DNA from: Balanoglossus misakiensis
Lineage: Eukaryota; Animalia; Hemichordata
Direction of reading: 5' to 3'
Assembly (NCBI GenBank): GCA_040954595.2
Contig: CM082592.2
Location: 6,683,677 to 6,747,676 of the forward strand
Length of the DNA: 64,000 bases
Positions 14,762 through 28,600 of this stretch are shown here, piece after piece. Within the stretch, counting starts at the first letter, position 1, and each line of letters opens with the position of its first letter. Both the position numbers and the translations under genes were made by a program. The notes beneath the pieces are model-generated. The model worked only from the letters and a program-made list of their open reading frames with translations, was not told where the DNA came from and did not search any database.

Positions 14762-17700
14762 TTTGATATCCGCCAGGTGCCATTGCAGTGTCGCAAGACG
14801 AGTGTGTCTATGGTTTAGACGGATTGGGTCAACTCCTACAAGGCCACAACATAACACTGAGTCGCATAGTTCTCCTCTCCCGCACGCCGTCGACATTTGA
14901 AATCAGAGATGCTTTGAAAGTGATCGAGAACTATGCAAGAAGTAAGTCAGTCACATTTTGTGTCACGGTGGTTTTGGAATACTGACTGACTGACTGACTG
15001 ACTGACCGACTAAATACCTAAGCCCAGTACCTACAACCTTTGGTCATGATGTACACGTAATTGACGCTCCACTGAAAGAACCAGCAATGCCTTTCTATCG
15101 GGTGTTCGATTTGATTCCCGCCAACTCATTATCACTTTTACCCTCTCGCAGTTGTCATCCTTTGTTCGCCGAACAACGACGACTTGACACGTGACATCTT
15201 GATAGAGGCCTACCAGCTGGAGATGACCACTGGGGAGTACGTCTTCGTGGGGGGCACCCTCACCGTCAATTTGACCCGTGAGGATGAGCCGTGGGTGAGG
15301 AACGACGGGCGCGACGACATGGCGGAGCTGGCGTACGAGGCCTACTTCTCGTTCACGTTCGTGGCCAGAACAGACAACGAGACGTACGACGATTTCGTGC
15401 ATGACGTCAGAGTGAAGACGTCCCAAAGCCCTTTCTATTATAACATGACCGAAGATCAGGAGGTAGGGTAAAAACTTCTAAGGAGGGGAGTCTGAAGGAA
15501 CTTGCAATTCACAAAACTGCATGTTTTGTGTGAATTTTGCATAAGTAAACTCAATAAAAAGACTATAGTGTTATTGATGATCGGTCCGAGACTGGTCAGA
15601 TATCATCTTTCCCCCCCCACAAGAACTACCATCAAATTTTGCAGTGACCGTTTTGATGCCATACCGATCAAACTAACACACAAATTCTTACAAATCCTTT
15701 TCTATTTATCAGGATTTTTTCTCATTTTAGCACCCGCAAAAAATACGAGATTTGGCGTTTGACTAGATTGTTTATTTTCTTCTCCTATTCTGGCTAAAGG
15801 TGGATTACTTCGCCGGCTTTCTGCACGATGCCATTTATCTGTACGCGCTCTCGCTGCACGACGTGATAGAGGCTGGAGGAGACGCAGAAAATGGCACGGA
15901 TGTCTTCAATGCTATGGCCTTCCAACAATTTCAAGGCGAGTGAGCGCGACCACTCATGTCTAAATAATCCAATCATGTATCCCTTTAACCCTCTCAACAC
16001 CATGGTTTTACCCAAATGCATTGTTTTCTATGGTGCAGTTGGACCTCTATAGAAGGAACTGGGGTGAAAATTTGAAATTTATTTAAGTCAGCGAGAAAAA
16101 TGATATGTTATCTGTCAAATATATTTTATGAAGGGCAAAGTTTATGGCAAATGTATCGTTGGTTAATTAAAAAATCTCAGAGAGTTGACCACAAAACCTT
16201 TTCCGAAAATCTCAGCAACCAAATCATTTTTATTGTCTCCCCTAGTCTGATGAAAAAAAATCGTCACGCTGGAAACTTCTAACCCAGAATTATGGACTTA
16301 TTTTGGCTAAATACCTCCATGTCAAGGATTATGAAGTCACTTCACATTACATTTTTCTATTTGTGTAACCGCTGTGCGCATTAACGTAGCGGAATCGATC
16401 GGCGCGGAGAAGTCCCTGTGACATCTGCTATTTCATCAATACACAACGGATATGCGTTCATCCGTTATCGATGCTAAAATGGCGCCTACATAAATGGGTG
16501 TCTCTCCGCGCATGCGGTGTGTTTCTCACGGGTAAGAAGCTGTAAATGACGCCGCTTTTCCCTCCTCGAATTCCAGGGATAACCGGGCGAGTGGCGACGG
16601 ACGTCCAAGCCGATCGGGAACCCGATTTCTGCATATTCCACCTGCAGGAAGACCGTTTCCAGGTGGTGGCGCTCGCCCTCAACGTTGAACAGGTGCGTGC
16701 ATGTGCGAACCACAAACAAAACCTGCGTCATCCAATCAACAGGTCGGTTGCAGACGGCGATGGGTCTTCTGTTTGAAACTTGTAAATCAAACAGTCCTCC
16801 GATGCACACAACAAAACAATATTAGATAAACAAGCAGTTAATAGTAAAGACGTACGAGATAACCCCTGTAGTAGACAGATCTGACCGTGTCACTCTAATG
16901 ACCGATCAACAATCCCCATATCGTTTTATGGGAGCTGGCCGTGATAAGAATACCTCAGTAGTACCAATTACCCGGCGTCAGTCGGGCGCCCTTTCAAGCC
17001 GTTCAGGGTTTATATCAGGACTTGGTAAAATAAGAACAGTAATGAGGCGGTTTTTCTGTGGTGGGATCGCTCACCTGCTGAAATTTTAAATCTTCTGCGT
17101 TGTCAGAAATCGTCGAGATAGACTCATAATGTATTTTACATTGCTGTAGGGTGATTTAGTTTGAAAGATCTTATAGAAGCACGCCACATTAGCGTTGAGA
17201 TTAATAATAAATTACGCCCCAATGGAGACACTAAATTGAGGACACGTTATTTTCTTCTTTTCTCAGGTTTATATGGAGCATCCAGACAAGATCATAATTT
17301 GGCCAGGTGGAAGTATAAATCCGCCCCCGGCGGTTCCGGAATGCGGTTTCCGAGGTTGTCCATGTAAGTAGAACGGCGGTATGGGCAGGTTGTTAGTTTA
17401 ACGTCCTTTTCAGAGTATGAGTATGGAACCAACGTCATTCATGATTCTGTGTGAATAGAGATGCATGTATCCTACATTTATGTTTCTTAGTAACGAGAAC
17501 CATTTATCCAATCTTTTCCAGTCGATATCCAGACATTCACCCTCACGATTTTGCTGCCCATCTTCTGTGTAGTCATTTTGGCAATCGTCTTGTACGTCAT
17601 GTACATGTAAGTACTTTCGATCTTTCAAGGGAAAATACACAGTGGAATCGATGACTTCCTGGTCACTTATTGCCCGGCCGAGATCTGTGGCAGGCATGGC

Positions 17701-20700
17701 AGACAATTATTATGGGCTATACATTTTTGCGTTCTTAAAAGTTGACTTCGGGACAGCGCTAGGGTAAGCTTACAACTTCCAACACATAGGCCTAACTGTC
17801 ACAAATTTTGTCGCAGTTGACCAGCCATAGACAAAAAAGTGTGAGAATGAGAATACATCGTTCTGACGTATTCTTCAAATTCTTTCCAGGAAACGCAAAA
17901 AGGACAAAGAAATTCTGCGCATGTTATGGATTGTGGAATTCGAAAATATACAGATGGGTTTCCCGACAGCCATGTCAAACGCCGGGTCAAAGTTCGCCAA
18001 GCTCACCGGTCTGACTTCAAGACGAAAATTGAAAGTAAGATACAAGTACAATACAGTTTTCATCAAATCAGGTGCCCCCCCCCCCCCCCGCAATACAACA
18101 CTAACACTCCTTTCTCATGCAAATTTCAGGAAAGTCGTGCAACGGTGGGTGGGATGCCGTCCCTGACAAGCTTGTCTGTCAGTCAAAACCAATATTTCGC
18201 GCAAATTGGAATCTACAAGGTAAGCGATTGGTTATTTTCGGTCGTTGCGAGATCTCGCGAGAGTTGGTTAATTACCGTATCAACGGGTTGGTACCAGCCA
18301 AGTACTTACAAGTCAAGCTTTACATGAAACTATAATAACTTTTGTTTAACATATGCTGATTGTCATGTGTCACATGAGAATGTTCTCCAGTTGAATTTTG
18401 ACATTTCACTCTTCGGACATTTTGAATTTATTAATTTTTTGTATTGTTTACTTTTCATTTCAACAGGGTTCCGTTGTAGCTGTAAAAACTTTACATCCGA
18501 AACATTTCAAGTTAACAAAAGATATGTTAAGAGATTTAAAAGCGGTAAGTATTTAAAGGTCGTGTTATGTGCGAATATAATTTCGTGATCGTTAAATATA
18601 GGTTGAGGCATCATATGAAATGATGCACATACAATTGATGTTACAGACTGGAATAAGTTGACTTTATGTTCCTTTTTTCACGCTTTAGCTCCGCGAAATC
18701 CAGCACGACAACATCAACATTTTTGTCGGGGCCGTTCCCGAGGGTGACCACGCCTGTATATTGATGCACTACTGCGCGAGGGGCAGCCTAATGGTGAGTG
18801 AAACATTTTCAGGTGACAGTGTTTTGTTAGGGGCGGAACCCTCGGTAAATATATCCATAGATTCCCCCGTCATCACACTTGGATTTGCCTTGGTGTATCA
18901 AGTTGACTTTGTAACAGGAAACTTCACACAATCCTACATGCGGAACATTACAGCGACAAAATGTCGGTTCTTCTTTTCGTTGCAGGATATAATTCAGAAT
19001 GACGACGTTACAGTGGACGAGATGTTTAAAATCTCATTTTGCACAGACATAGCAAAGGTGGGTAAAATTCCGCCATCAACGTGGAAATATTGTCGCAGCC
19101 CCTGATCCTGCTTCGCTGGGGTCAATTCGGCAGCCGAGTTTGGTTGAACCGTTGAGGGCACACATTCAATCAATTATTATATGCTTACAGGGCATGGAAT
19201 TCATTCACAAGAGTTGCATTCGTTCCCATGGCAACCTAAAGTCGAGCAACTGCGTGGTTGACAGTCGATGGGTCGTTAAGATCACGGATTTGGGGATGCT
19301 GAAGACAGATTACGATTCTGAGGATAAGTCCGAATACCAACATTACAGAGGTAAGAGTGATGAGGAGAGAGGAGGGAGGGAGGAGAGAGAGGGGGGAGAG
19401 AGACAGACAGACAGCATAATCCTTGCCACAGGCTCTATGACTAGAACACGGACGTTTCCTGCTCATTCGCACATTATCGCGATTTAACGTGCACTTTTTT
19501 GTATGTTCAATTCCAGGGAAATTGTGGACCGCGCCGGAAATTCTACGACTGGACCACACGCTGCCGAAAGGAACACAGAAAGGCGACGTTTACAGTTTCG
19601 GAGTCATCATACACGAGATAGCTTACCGTAGCGAGCCCTTCTATCTGAATGAGGAGGAACCCAAAGGTAATTTGCCTAAAATATTCTAATGTCATAACGT
19701 TGAAATTGAAATACAAGTATAGATATTTTTAAACGGTGCGCATAAAATAATAGTATTGTAGGAAACGAAGACAGTCCACTATTTGAACGCGTAGGACGCA
19801 CATTTGCAGAACATTTGGATTGAACGTAATGTTTGTACACACGAAATTAGGCACATGCGCATAAGACGATCGTCGCACTTTAACTAATTAAACTCCTTTC
19901 AACAGAAATCATAGAACATGTAACGGCGTTCGAAGACCCACCTTACCGTCCGTACATGCCGATAGACTCTGACACGAAGGTGGAGATCCAGCTGCTGATG
20001 CTGAAATGCTGGTCAGAGGACCCCATGGAGCGGCCAGAGTTCAACGAAATTCGGAAGACTGTCCAATCAGTCAACAAGGGAAAGTACGTTCCGCCTATTA
20101 CGTCACTTCGTCCGTAACGTTTCTATTGTATAATGGGTGTCGTACCTCATACATCAAGCCATCCGATTGGCGGGGTAGTGCTAAAACGTTATTAGCGATT
20201 GGTTGAATGCAAAACAAGAAAATTCAAAGTATAAAAGAATACACGTAACAGGTGTGGATATTGAATGGAATACCGATTTCAGACTTTTGTGTGGAAACAA
20301 ATAGTGTGAAGATAGACAGAAGTTATTTAATGTGTACATGTATGTGTTTTTTTCCAGAAAAGCACATATTCTGGACAATATGATCGACATGATGGAAGCA
20401 TACACAAACAATTTAGAGGGAATAGTGGCTGAAAGAACTGAACAGTTGGTGAACGAGAAGAAGAAGACGGATATGTTACTCTATCGAATGTTACCTGAGT
20501 ATGTCAGACATGCGTCCTGTCGTCATGTTATGCTGTGCTGTGTTTGTTGTGTCTGGTTTTATAGCTTCTCGTTTTGATATTGACTTCGCTGGCTACAGTT
20601 TCAATGTACGAAGTATACATGTACATGTTACCATGCCGTCCATGACAAAAATTGACAGCGACAATCATGGCAGCATGACAGCGATTTTTCACGTACATTG

Positions 20701-22545
20701 CGAGCGCAACATACTTTTAGTCGAAACTACAATAAAACAATCTGCTGGTATTTTTCTGCAGGAGTGTCGCCGAACAGCTGAAACGAGGCGATCCAGTTTC
20801 TGCTGAAAATTTCGACAGCGTTTCCATATTTTTCTCCGATATCGTGGGATTTACAACGATTGCTTCCAACAGCTCACCAATGGAGGTAAATAGTGTCCGT
20901 GTTTGACTGATCTTATAACTTTGTGAAGGATTGGTACAGTGCTCTGACATCGAACAATTCAACTTTTAAAAAAGTTTGTACGCGATATACTAGTATAAAC
21001 ATTAGTAGCAGCACTCTCCCATATTGTTCCTTTATGATATATTTATGTATTTTCAATGTCTGTTTCTGGCTTGTTAACTTTCTCTCTTACTTTTCTCAGG
21101 TTGTCAACTTTTTGAATGATCTGTACATATGCTTCGATAGCATCATCGAACATCTCGACGTGTACAAAGTGGAGACAATAGGCGACGCTTACATGGTAGT
21201 CTCCGGTCTACCGGAACGGAACGGGAACAGACACAGCGGAGAGATCGCCCTCTTGGCCCTGGAAATGCTGAGCAGCTCGCTGGATTTCCGGATCAAGCAC
21301 ATGCCGGAGATGCCCTTGCAGATCAGGGTCGGGCTGCATACGGGTCACTGCGTGGCCGGGGTGGTCGGGCTGGCCATGCCGCGCTACTGTCTCTTTGGTG
21401 ACACCGTCAACATGGCGTCGAGGATGGAGTCGACTGGCAAACGTAAGATTTCCAGTATTTTCTCTCTCCATTTATTCAAGCATGCGCAGTGTATGGGCAT
21501 TCAAAAGTGCTTGTGGGTTTTCAAGTCGCACTAAAGGTTTTGAATAAATAAAAAAGTCAGTATGGTTTATTTCAAAGTTGAATATGTAAAAGTCACTGTA
21601 CATTCATAATCCGGTAGACACGAGTTTATAGACGGTGCAGCGCGAACGCCTTCATTTACACTTTCGTCCAATTTGTCAACAGCGCAGAGAATCCACATCA
21701 GTTCGTCGTTCAACGATTCCCTGGTGGCCCTGAACTTGGGTTTTGAGACCAGACTACGCGGGGAAACGCTTGTCAAGGTGAGTGACCGATGACCCGTCTC
21801 CCGACGGAAATGTGGTTTGTGTGAGCGCCGGAACATAGCAGTTGGAAATAGAAAGACAGACGTTTGCGCACGTACTCGTGGATATTTATTTTCAGTATGA
21901 TGCCATCTATATCACCAACACTGAAATTATTGCCTAATTTTTGCAGGGTAAGGGAATGAAGACAACATATTGGCTGGTGGGACAGAAAGACTTTGATAAG
22001 AAATTACCCAAGTGGGACAGAGAAAGTCGGTAAGAAAGTGTGTGGACACACATTGTATGCTTGTACATGTACTGTAACAGACACAGCGCCAGGTATGGTA
22101 ATCCGTGGTTGTCTTTTGCATCAGCGCCCCCGTCAACAACATTGGTTGATTTTCGCCTCGTAATATTATTCACCTCTCGTCTATCAACAGCGATAGCACA
22201 GATAGTGCTTTGGGAAGCATGTACGGCGAAAATTTCAACAGATTATCGGAAACAAGGGGTATAAGCGGCGACAAGACAACAGAAACAATCGCCGAATCCA
22301 CGAGTCCGGAGGAGGCCGACCAGAACTCCAACGTCCAAAAGAGCGCCACCAAGCCTGAAGGACCCACAGCCAATCAGAACGGCTCAATTGCGTCGGCACC
22401 CAATCACACGGCAGGCAGAAAGTCCGCGTCTTCGGCCAAAACTCTGACCAGGAAACTAGCGACAGCGAACAAAGTCTATCCCACTTCAGATGACAAAGTG
22501 ACTAAATCGAAAACTAACACTTCAATGCCAGTCTCTAAAGTCTGA
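13395..22545 (+). CDS. Receptor-type (natriuretic peptide receptor-like) membrane guanylyl cyclase, ~21 exons, 5' incomplete
   Basis: Exons give an ANF-receptor ectodomain (13395-13577 [16 protein letters not shown]; 15800-15935 [12 protein letters not shown]; 16577- GITGRV..DREPDF; 17267- WPGG..PECGF), a TM helix (17522-17606 [20 protein letters not shown]), a kinase-homology domain ([23 protein letters not shown]; KLWTAPE; GDVYSFG), a coiled coil ([10 protein letters not shown]) and a cyclase (FSDIVGFT; [18 protein letters not shown]; [21 protein letters not shown], carrying the guanine-specifying E and C). Stop TGA ends at 22545. Confidence 0.95.
14729..14764. repeat. (TTTA)n microsatellite upstream of a splice acceptor
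   Basis: TTTATTTATTTA... run read directly. Confidence 0.9.
14982..15012. repeat. (GACT)n microsatellite, intronic
   Basis: ACTGACTGACTG... run read directly. Confidence 0.9.
15985..16076 (+). mobile_element. ~90-bp dispersed MITE-like family A (piggyBac-like ends), copy 1
   Basis: TTAACCC...CACCATGGTTT...CATTGTTTTCTATGG...GTTGGACCTCT...GGAACTGGGG, with the core shared with 29259, 41648 and (reverse) 62305. Confidence 0.6.
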
Positions 22546-25248
22546 CGACTACTTAAAAAAAAACTACATACGGGGGGTGCACACCTAGCCGTTCAAAAAG
22601 AGGTTGCCACTTGGTACTTTTTAGATCTCTCTGTTCATTTACAATTATGATAATTAATATATTGAGTATGTTTTTACTGAAATTACATGTATATCCCATG
22701 AGATCAGTTACAAAAAGAGACACTTCCGGGACCAAAACAGAACAATCAGCATGAACGTCATTATTTTTGGTACTATAACGAGAACACTTGTTAGTCCGCC
22801 CTGAGACCCTCGTGTTTGAAGAATAGTTACGACATTGGTCGTACCTTGCTAGATACGGAAATATACTTTGCCGTTTCTCTTTCAATATGAGGCTTTGAAA
22901 GTAAAACCACGCTTTTTTGCAAATTGGTCATATTTCTCGAATGTAACTCATTCAAATCGGTTAGCTTACAGGTCACTTTTCCAACTTCAAAGGGAATCAA
23001 TATTAAATTTATTTCGAAATTCCAAATGAAATTTCAGATTTCGGCATTCCCGGGTATTTCTGAATCACATTCTATAGCTGTTCGTTTCTCAAGCCAGTAC
23101 ATGTGTATTTACGTATATTACAGCATAGACCATGTAGACAGTGTCTATGTTCACAGTCCCGGCCTGTGTGCGTGTTTACCGTCGCAGCGCCCTCAAACAC
23201 CAAAATGAAATTTAAATGAGCAGCAGTCTATCAGACCATTCGCACAGCTTTTAACGCATTTTATATACACAGGTAAATATTTATTAGTGTAATTATTTAT
23301 TGAAAACATCATTGACCCAACCTTTGCAAGACCCACGGGTCCCAACATTGCAAATGCTACCCAATGATATTAAATTAATCGCGTTGAGGGGGCCTTTCAA
23401 ATACAACTTGAAAATTTCGAATACAAAGAAATGTTCGAAGGGAAAACAGTTTGAGAGAAGGCATGGAAGCCTTGCCATTAGCTTTAAGAAGTTACCTTTT
23501 CATATGTTTGAATAAGGAATATTTTTCTGTGATCAATTCTGGGAGGACTGTCATTGTTTTGCCATGCATGTAACCTTTGCATACATTGTGGTTTTCTGAA
23601 GTGCAAATAGGACTCAAATTCCGTCCTTAATTTTTGTTGTAACACCGTAGAATGAATAAAACACTCCAATGTCCAGAGGTGGTAGTCTTCCTTTCTCAGA
23701 TCTTCTTCCTTTTTTGTTAAAAGATGGGAGATTGAAGTTTCACTTGACAGGGCCGCATCCCCCCAAAAAGGATGCCTCAATCCTTACTCATGTAATCCGA
23801 GTCTATTAACAAACACACAAATATGTTTAGAACAATGTCTCCTTTGCTCAACTGTGTACATGACAGAAATGAATGTGGCAGAAAAGGGTGTTTTTACTGC
23901 GATTTATTCATCTCAGTATCAAGTTTTCTCAGCAGAGTACAGCTACTACAGACACAGCACACACACTTCACCTCGCTAATTTTCACATGCTCACGACAGG
24001 TGCCAAATTCTGCACATCACACGGTCACTGAAAGCATGAGTCTGCAGCCATGTTACTCTTTCATAACATGTGCATTGCAAACAAATGTCTATGTATGCAT
24101 CAAAGCACTGCACCTTTGACGACATGGCAAAGTATATACACTATCAAACCCTGTGGGTTTCTTGCGGCAGGATTGAAATCTCTACAGTCACCGCCTTCTC
24201 AATTGCATTTTGAGAATTTTTAAGTTTTTTGGAATCTGGGATAGGACTTGCAAATTTGTCACACTCAAGACATCTAGAAAAGAGCTCAAAATCTCATCTT
24301 CATTCTGTAATATGGTGGCATAAAAGTTGGGATATAAAGACTAAAACAGATCCTAATTTCCCCAAATTTTCGAAAACTATAAAACAAGACACTGAATTTC
24401 TTTGATGATAATATTGACTATTACTTTCATACATTCGACTGATGGGGAGAATAATCATCTGGGGTGAATATTTAGTTCATTTGAAAACATATGTAAAATT
24501 GATGTAACATTTGAAATCATAATAAAGCACATTCAGGAAGTTTTTTGTGGAAGAAATATTAAATTCAAATGTTCGTTTGAACATAATTGAAATTTAAAAG
24601 GAACACATAATTTATCTGCTGTACAATGACATTACAAATTCTGTGATAAAATCATGAAAATTTGAAAATATTATTCCTTCAGAAGTATTACTAAAATGCA
24701 CTAAGTTCATTAATGATCTGTGGGCGAAAAAATTCATACCCCTGTCTGCAATCAATGCAAACGGACGCCATGGTAACAGTTAATAAAGATGGTGTATTAA
24801 ATTATCGTCTAGAGGATCAGGGCAGCTGAATGAAATATTGATAGACTATGATGACTGAATATTATCCATACGGTAACCCCAGGCATGTTGTGACTGCTAG
24901 TCAGGTGAGTTGATATCTGTATTCAAACTTCATAATGGTACACACGCGAACTGACCATGGCACAATGTGGTGTACAAATGACATCTATGGATCATGGCAA
25001 GAACAGAAGCCGGAATATTAGACGAAAATTTTCCTCTGTGTATTTTCCACAGTGGCATTTCAAATGAAATTACTTTAAAAATTCAGTTAAAAGGGGACAA
25101 AATAAAAAAATAAGCACAATCCCACACAATGTAAATACGCAAAGAATTATGCAAGGCAGTTCATTGGGGATCACGTATACTAATATATCTACTCTTTTGG
25201 ACATCCCAGGTGCAGTCATTCACACTTTATGGTAACTAAGGCCAACAG

Positions 25249-25268
25249 ACACACACACACACACACAC
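25249..25268. repeat. (CA)n microsatellite in probable mitofusin 3' UTR
   Basis: ACACACAC run read directly. Confidence 0.85.
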
Positions 25269-25666
25269 TGAACACTGGCTTTTACCCAAAAGTTTCAGAA
25301 ATACGCAATATCAACCGACAGATGGGACGGGTTTAGACCCAGCTTGGTTGTTTTGACACATCGGAGGACAAACTCTGGCATATTTGTGTGGCTGAGCGCA
25401 CAATACGTGTATGACAGCATCATTGTGTGTGTGATTGACAAGTAACTCTGACATCATCATTTGTTGTGCTTTAAAGACCACACAAAACTATGACATCACT
25501 TCCTGTATATTGGCAATATGGTAGCAATTTAGAAGAGACTTTTTACTTTGGTTTCATTCAAGAAATAGATGACACAGAGTTGATTGAGTGAATTCAATGC
25601 ATTTTGAATTCCACTGTCTTCTCTCTTTGTAGTATTCTTTACGGATGAGTACTTGTGACCTCTGAC

Positions 25667-28600
25667 CTATTCACTGCTAGAAGACCCTTCCAGGTGGGTT
25701 TTAATGAACATGTCAAGTTCGTTGTCTAGCCAGCCTGTTTTGTTCCTAAAACAAGAGAAAAGAACACAGTTTATTGTTGATGAACACAACATCAGTTTGA
25801 CGAAGAATGATGTAAATTTTGTAGATAAATGAATTTCTGGGATCGTCCAGGAGTAAATGTAACTTCCTCCCCTCACCTCAAAAGCTTGGCGTTGTTCTGG
25901 ACTTTCTCCAGTTGTTTCACTTCTTCGTCCAGCGTCTTGATCTGCTGGTCCAATTCATTTTTTGCCAGGTCTATCTGGTGACACAACTGGGCAAAACCGC
26001 TTGACAGCTCCCTGTAACCAGAAATGTTACCGGATGTTTACACGGAGCTTGTCTGAGGACTCTTTACTGCAGCAGTTGATGGCCGACGATCGTCGTATGC
26101 GCATTCTATTGTTAAACAACTTCTGGAACCCTTTCACCCCCATATTGCCCTGAATGTGGTATCAACCTCATCATAGACAACAAGAACAATGAACTACAAC
26201 ACACAGACAGGGGTCAACCATTTCATCCCCGTCTCAAAGCAAAACTACTCGGCTTATAGTATAACACTGGTGGCCTCTCAAAACAAACTGGACAAGAGCA
26301 GTCTCCATCACATAGTAAAATCAGTCAAAATGCACAACTTACTGTTGCACTTGGTGACTACAGTTGGAGCTGGTGTAATTGACCATCAGTTGAAGTTTCT
26401 CCGTGGCGTAGTCGACAAACTGTTGTTTGAAGCTTCTCTCTTTCGCTTTATTGGTCCATGTGATTCTTTCATAGCAGTACACGCACCCATACAGGCCCAA
26501 CCCCACTGCCAAGAGACGCCAGCCCACAGCTTTCCATACCTGTCAATCAAGAGATAGATCAGTGCCCATATATGGTTAAAAGGGCGAGTCTTATCCACAT
26601 GCCCATATATGGTTAAAAGGGGGTATCTATGTGCCTTATACATGTATATATGATTTGACAATCATGTGGTGTTGCGCTTTTTTGTCACAAAGCCACCCAA
26701 TACATGAAAGAAACTCATGTTCAGATTTTGTTCTGGGTGGAAAATTTAAAACAGACAAGGTTGCCACTCACAATGCCAGCCACTACGACTAAACCCATTG
26801 ATGTCCTCGACGTCAGTGCAGCCAATCCAGTCATCACAGACACAGCCAGGTCATCGTGATTGGACGCCTCCATAACTTCACCAGATGTGGACGAAATGTG
26901 CCTCGGGATCTAAAAAGTGAACCACATATTTTTTCAGTATGGGATCATGCTTGTGTGAAAACACTAAACTTACCACAATGTGTCCTTAGCTACGTGTCCC
27001 CGACATATCAAAAATACAAACACCAGTTCAAGTGGCGGACAAAGGGGCTCCCCTATGTCATTTTTGCACATACAAATAATTTCATACAAATGTCATGGTA
27101 CTATACATGTACCGGTACTGTTAGTGACATCGGGATCCAACTACAAGAACCGTTCCACTTACAACATGATCGAGACCCATCAGAGCCAGTTTAGCATTCT
27201 TCGGCCCCAAGAATCGGTTCACCAACGCTGTCCACCCGAGAGAAAATCTAAACTCTAAATCTTCGTGGAAGTCCCCGCACAGATTGCGACATTCCAGTCT
27301 GTAGCTGAGGTTGAAGTCCTGTCTGGGAAAGACTAAGACATTCTGTGTCTTGTGTTCATCTGGCAAAAGTGCTGTGAGTTGCTCTGGGGGGAAAATGTGT
27401 AAAATGTTTCAAATCAGAATCCTATAGTTACAAGCAAACGGTGTACATTAACATCACACTACATTATGCAGCTCTGGTCCGAAAGACCGAAATGTTTGTG
27501 GATCTGAAATAAAAAGTTCTAAATGATAATGAAAAAGTAACTATACTATACCTTTCATTGCTTTCCCAGCAGTTTCCACGCTTTCTTTCAATTCTGTCGA
27601 AAATCTGGCCGAGATGTTACGTCTGATTCCATCCTCTATGTGATTTTGTAATTCCTGTCAGGTCATTCAAGATTTAAAAGTCAGAAATCCAAATACAGAT
27701 TGAATGCTGCCAAAGAAAAAACTTACACAAAAATATAACACAACTTACATCTTTGTAGTGTTTGACAACCAAGGAATCAGGATGAAAGGGTTTGTCAAAC
27801 TGGTCGACAAGCACCGATAGTCTGCGGATCTCTTCAATTAATTCTCCAGACACCTGCAAATGCAGAGAAATTGTCAAATTTTCAATAGAATAGGTACCAG
27901 CCTTTGAAATATCACGTATAATGTAAATGAATGATGACGTACAGTTACATCTGCCAGTTGTAACGCTTGGCTCTGTCACAAAGTACACGCAATGATGACT
28001 AGAAATATTCTTTCAACTGGTGACATACTATAGGACTAATAACTGGAATTACTGCGAGAATTTGCTTTTTAGGGGATCTTACCCTTTTTTCAACTTCTTC
28101 TGCCAAAGTTTTGATCTTCTCCTTACATTCCTGAGTCAGCATTTTCATCTGCTTGTCCATGTGATCCAGCTGATCTCCCTTGGCTTTGCGCTCTTCGATA
28201 CAGTCAAGTCTACAGGGGCAGCCATATTGGGCGAGTTTGTGTAAAGAATGGTTCATTTGATTTTACCCTCCCACCCCTATTCCCAGTGTATTGGTCCAGC
28301 CGCTCCATTCACAATATTTGGGGAGGAACAAACGTTTGGTGGTTGATGTGTTTCAAGGAAAGATCCATTTTTCAATCAAAGTTGTCCAAATAAAATTATT
28401 TTTTGTGATAAACTCATCCAACATTTCGGTGCGTCAAAAAAACACCAGTAAACGAGACCTCTTAACAATAGTACATGAACCAACTACATTGCATAATGAC
28501 AAATTGGACGAATTTTTTCCTTCACGATTGCGTTTGTCTGTTTTGTTCACGTCTCACCTCATTTGTGTTGCTTTCTGGTGTATCTCATCCATAATGGTTC

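Noticed and set aside
23484-23780. 98-aa minus-strand ORF between convergent 3' ends (also ORFs at 11587-13110 and 13791-14182)
   Set aside because: No recognisable motif, codon bias or splice context; consistent with chance ORFs or unidentifiable TE debris.
26974-27052. Possible 79-nt poison exon in mitofusin (good GTAAGT donor on minus strand)
   Set aside because: The acceptor is weak and flanking exons join in frame without it. Unsupported without RNA data.
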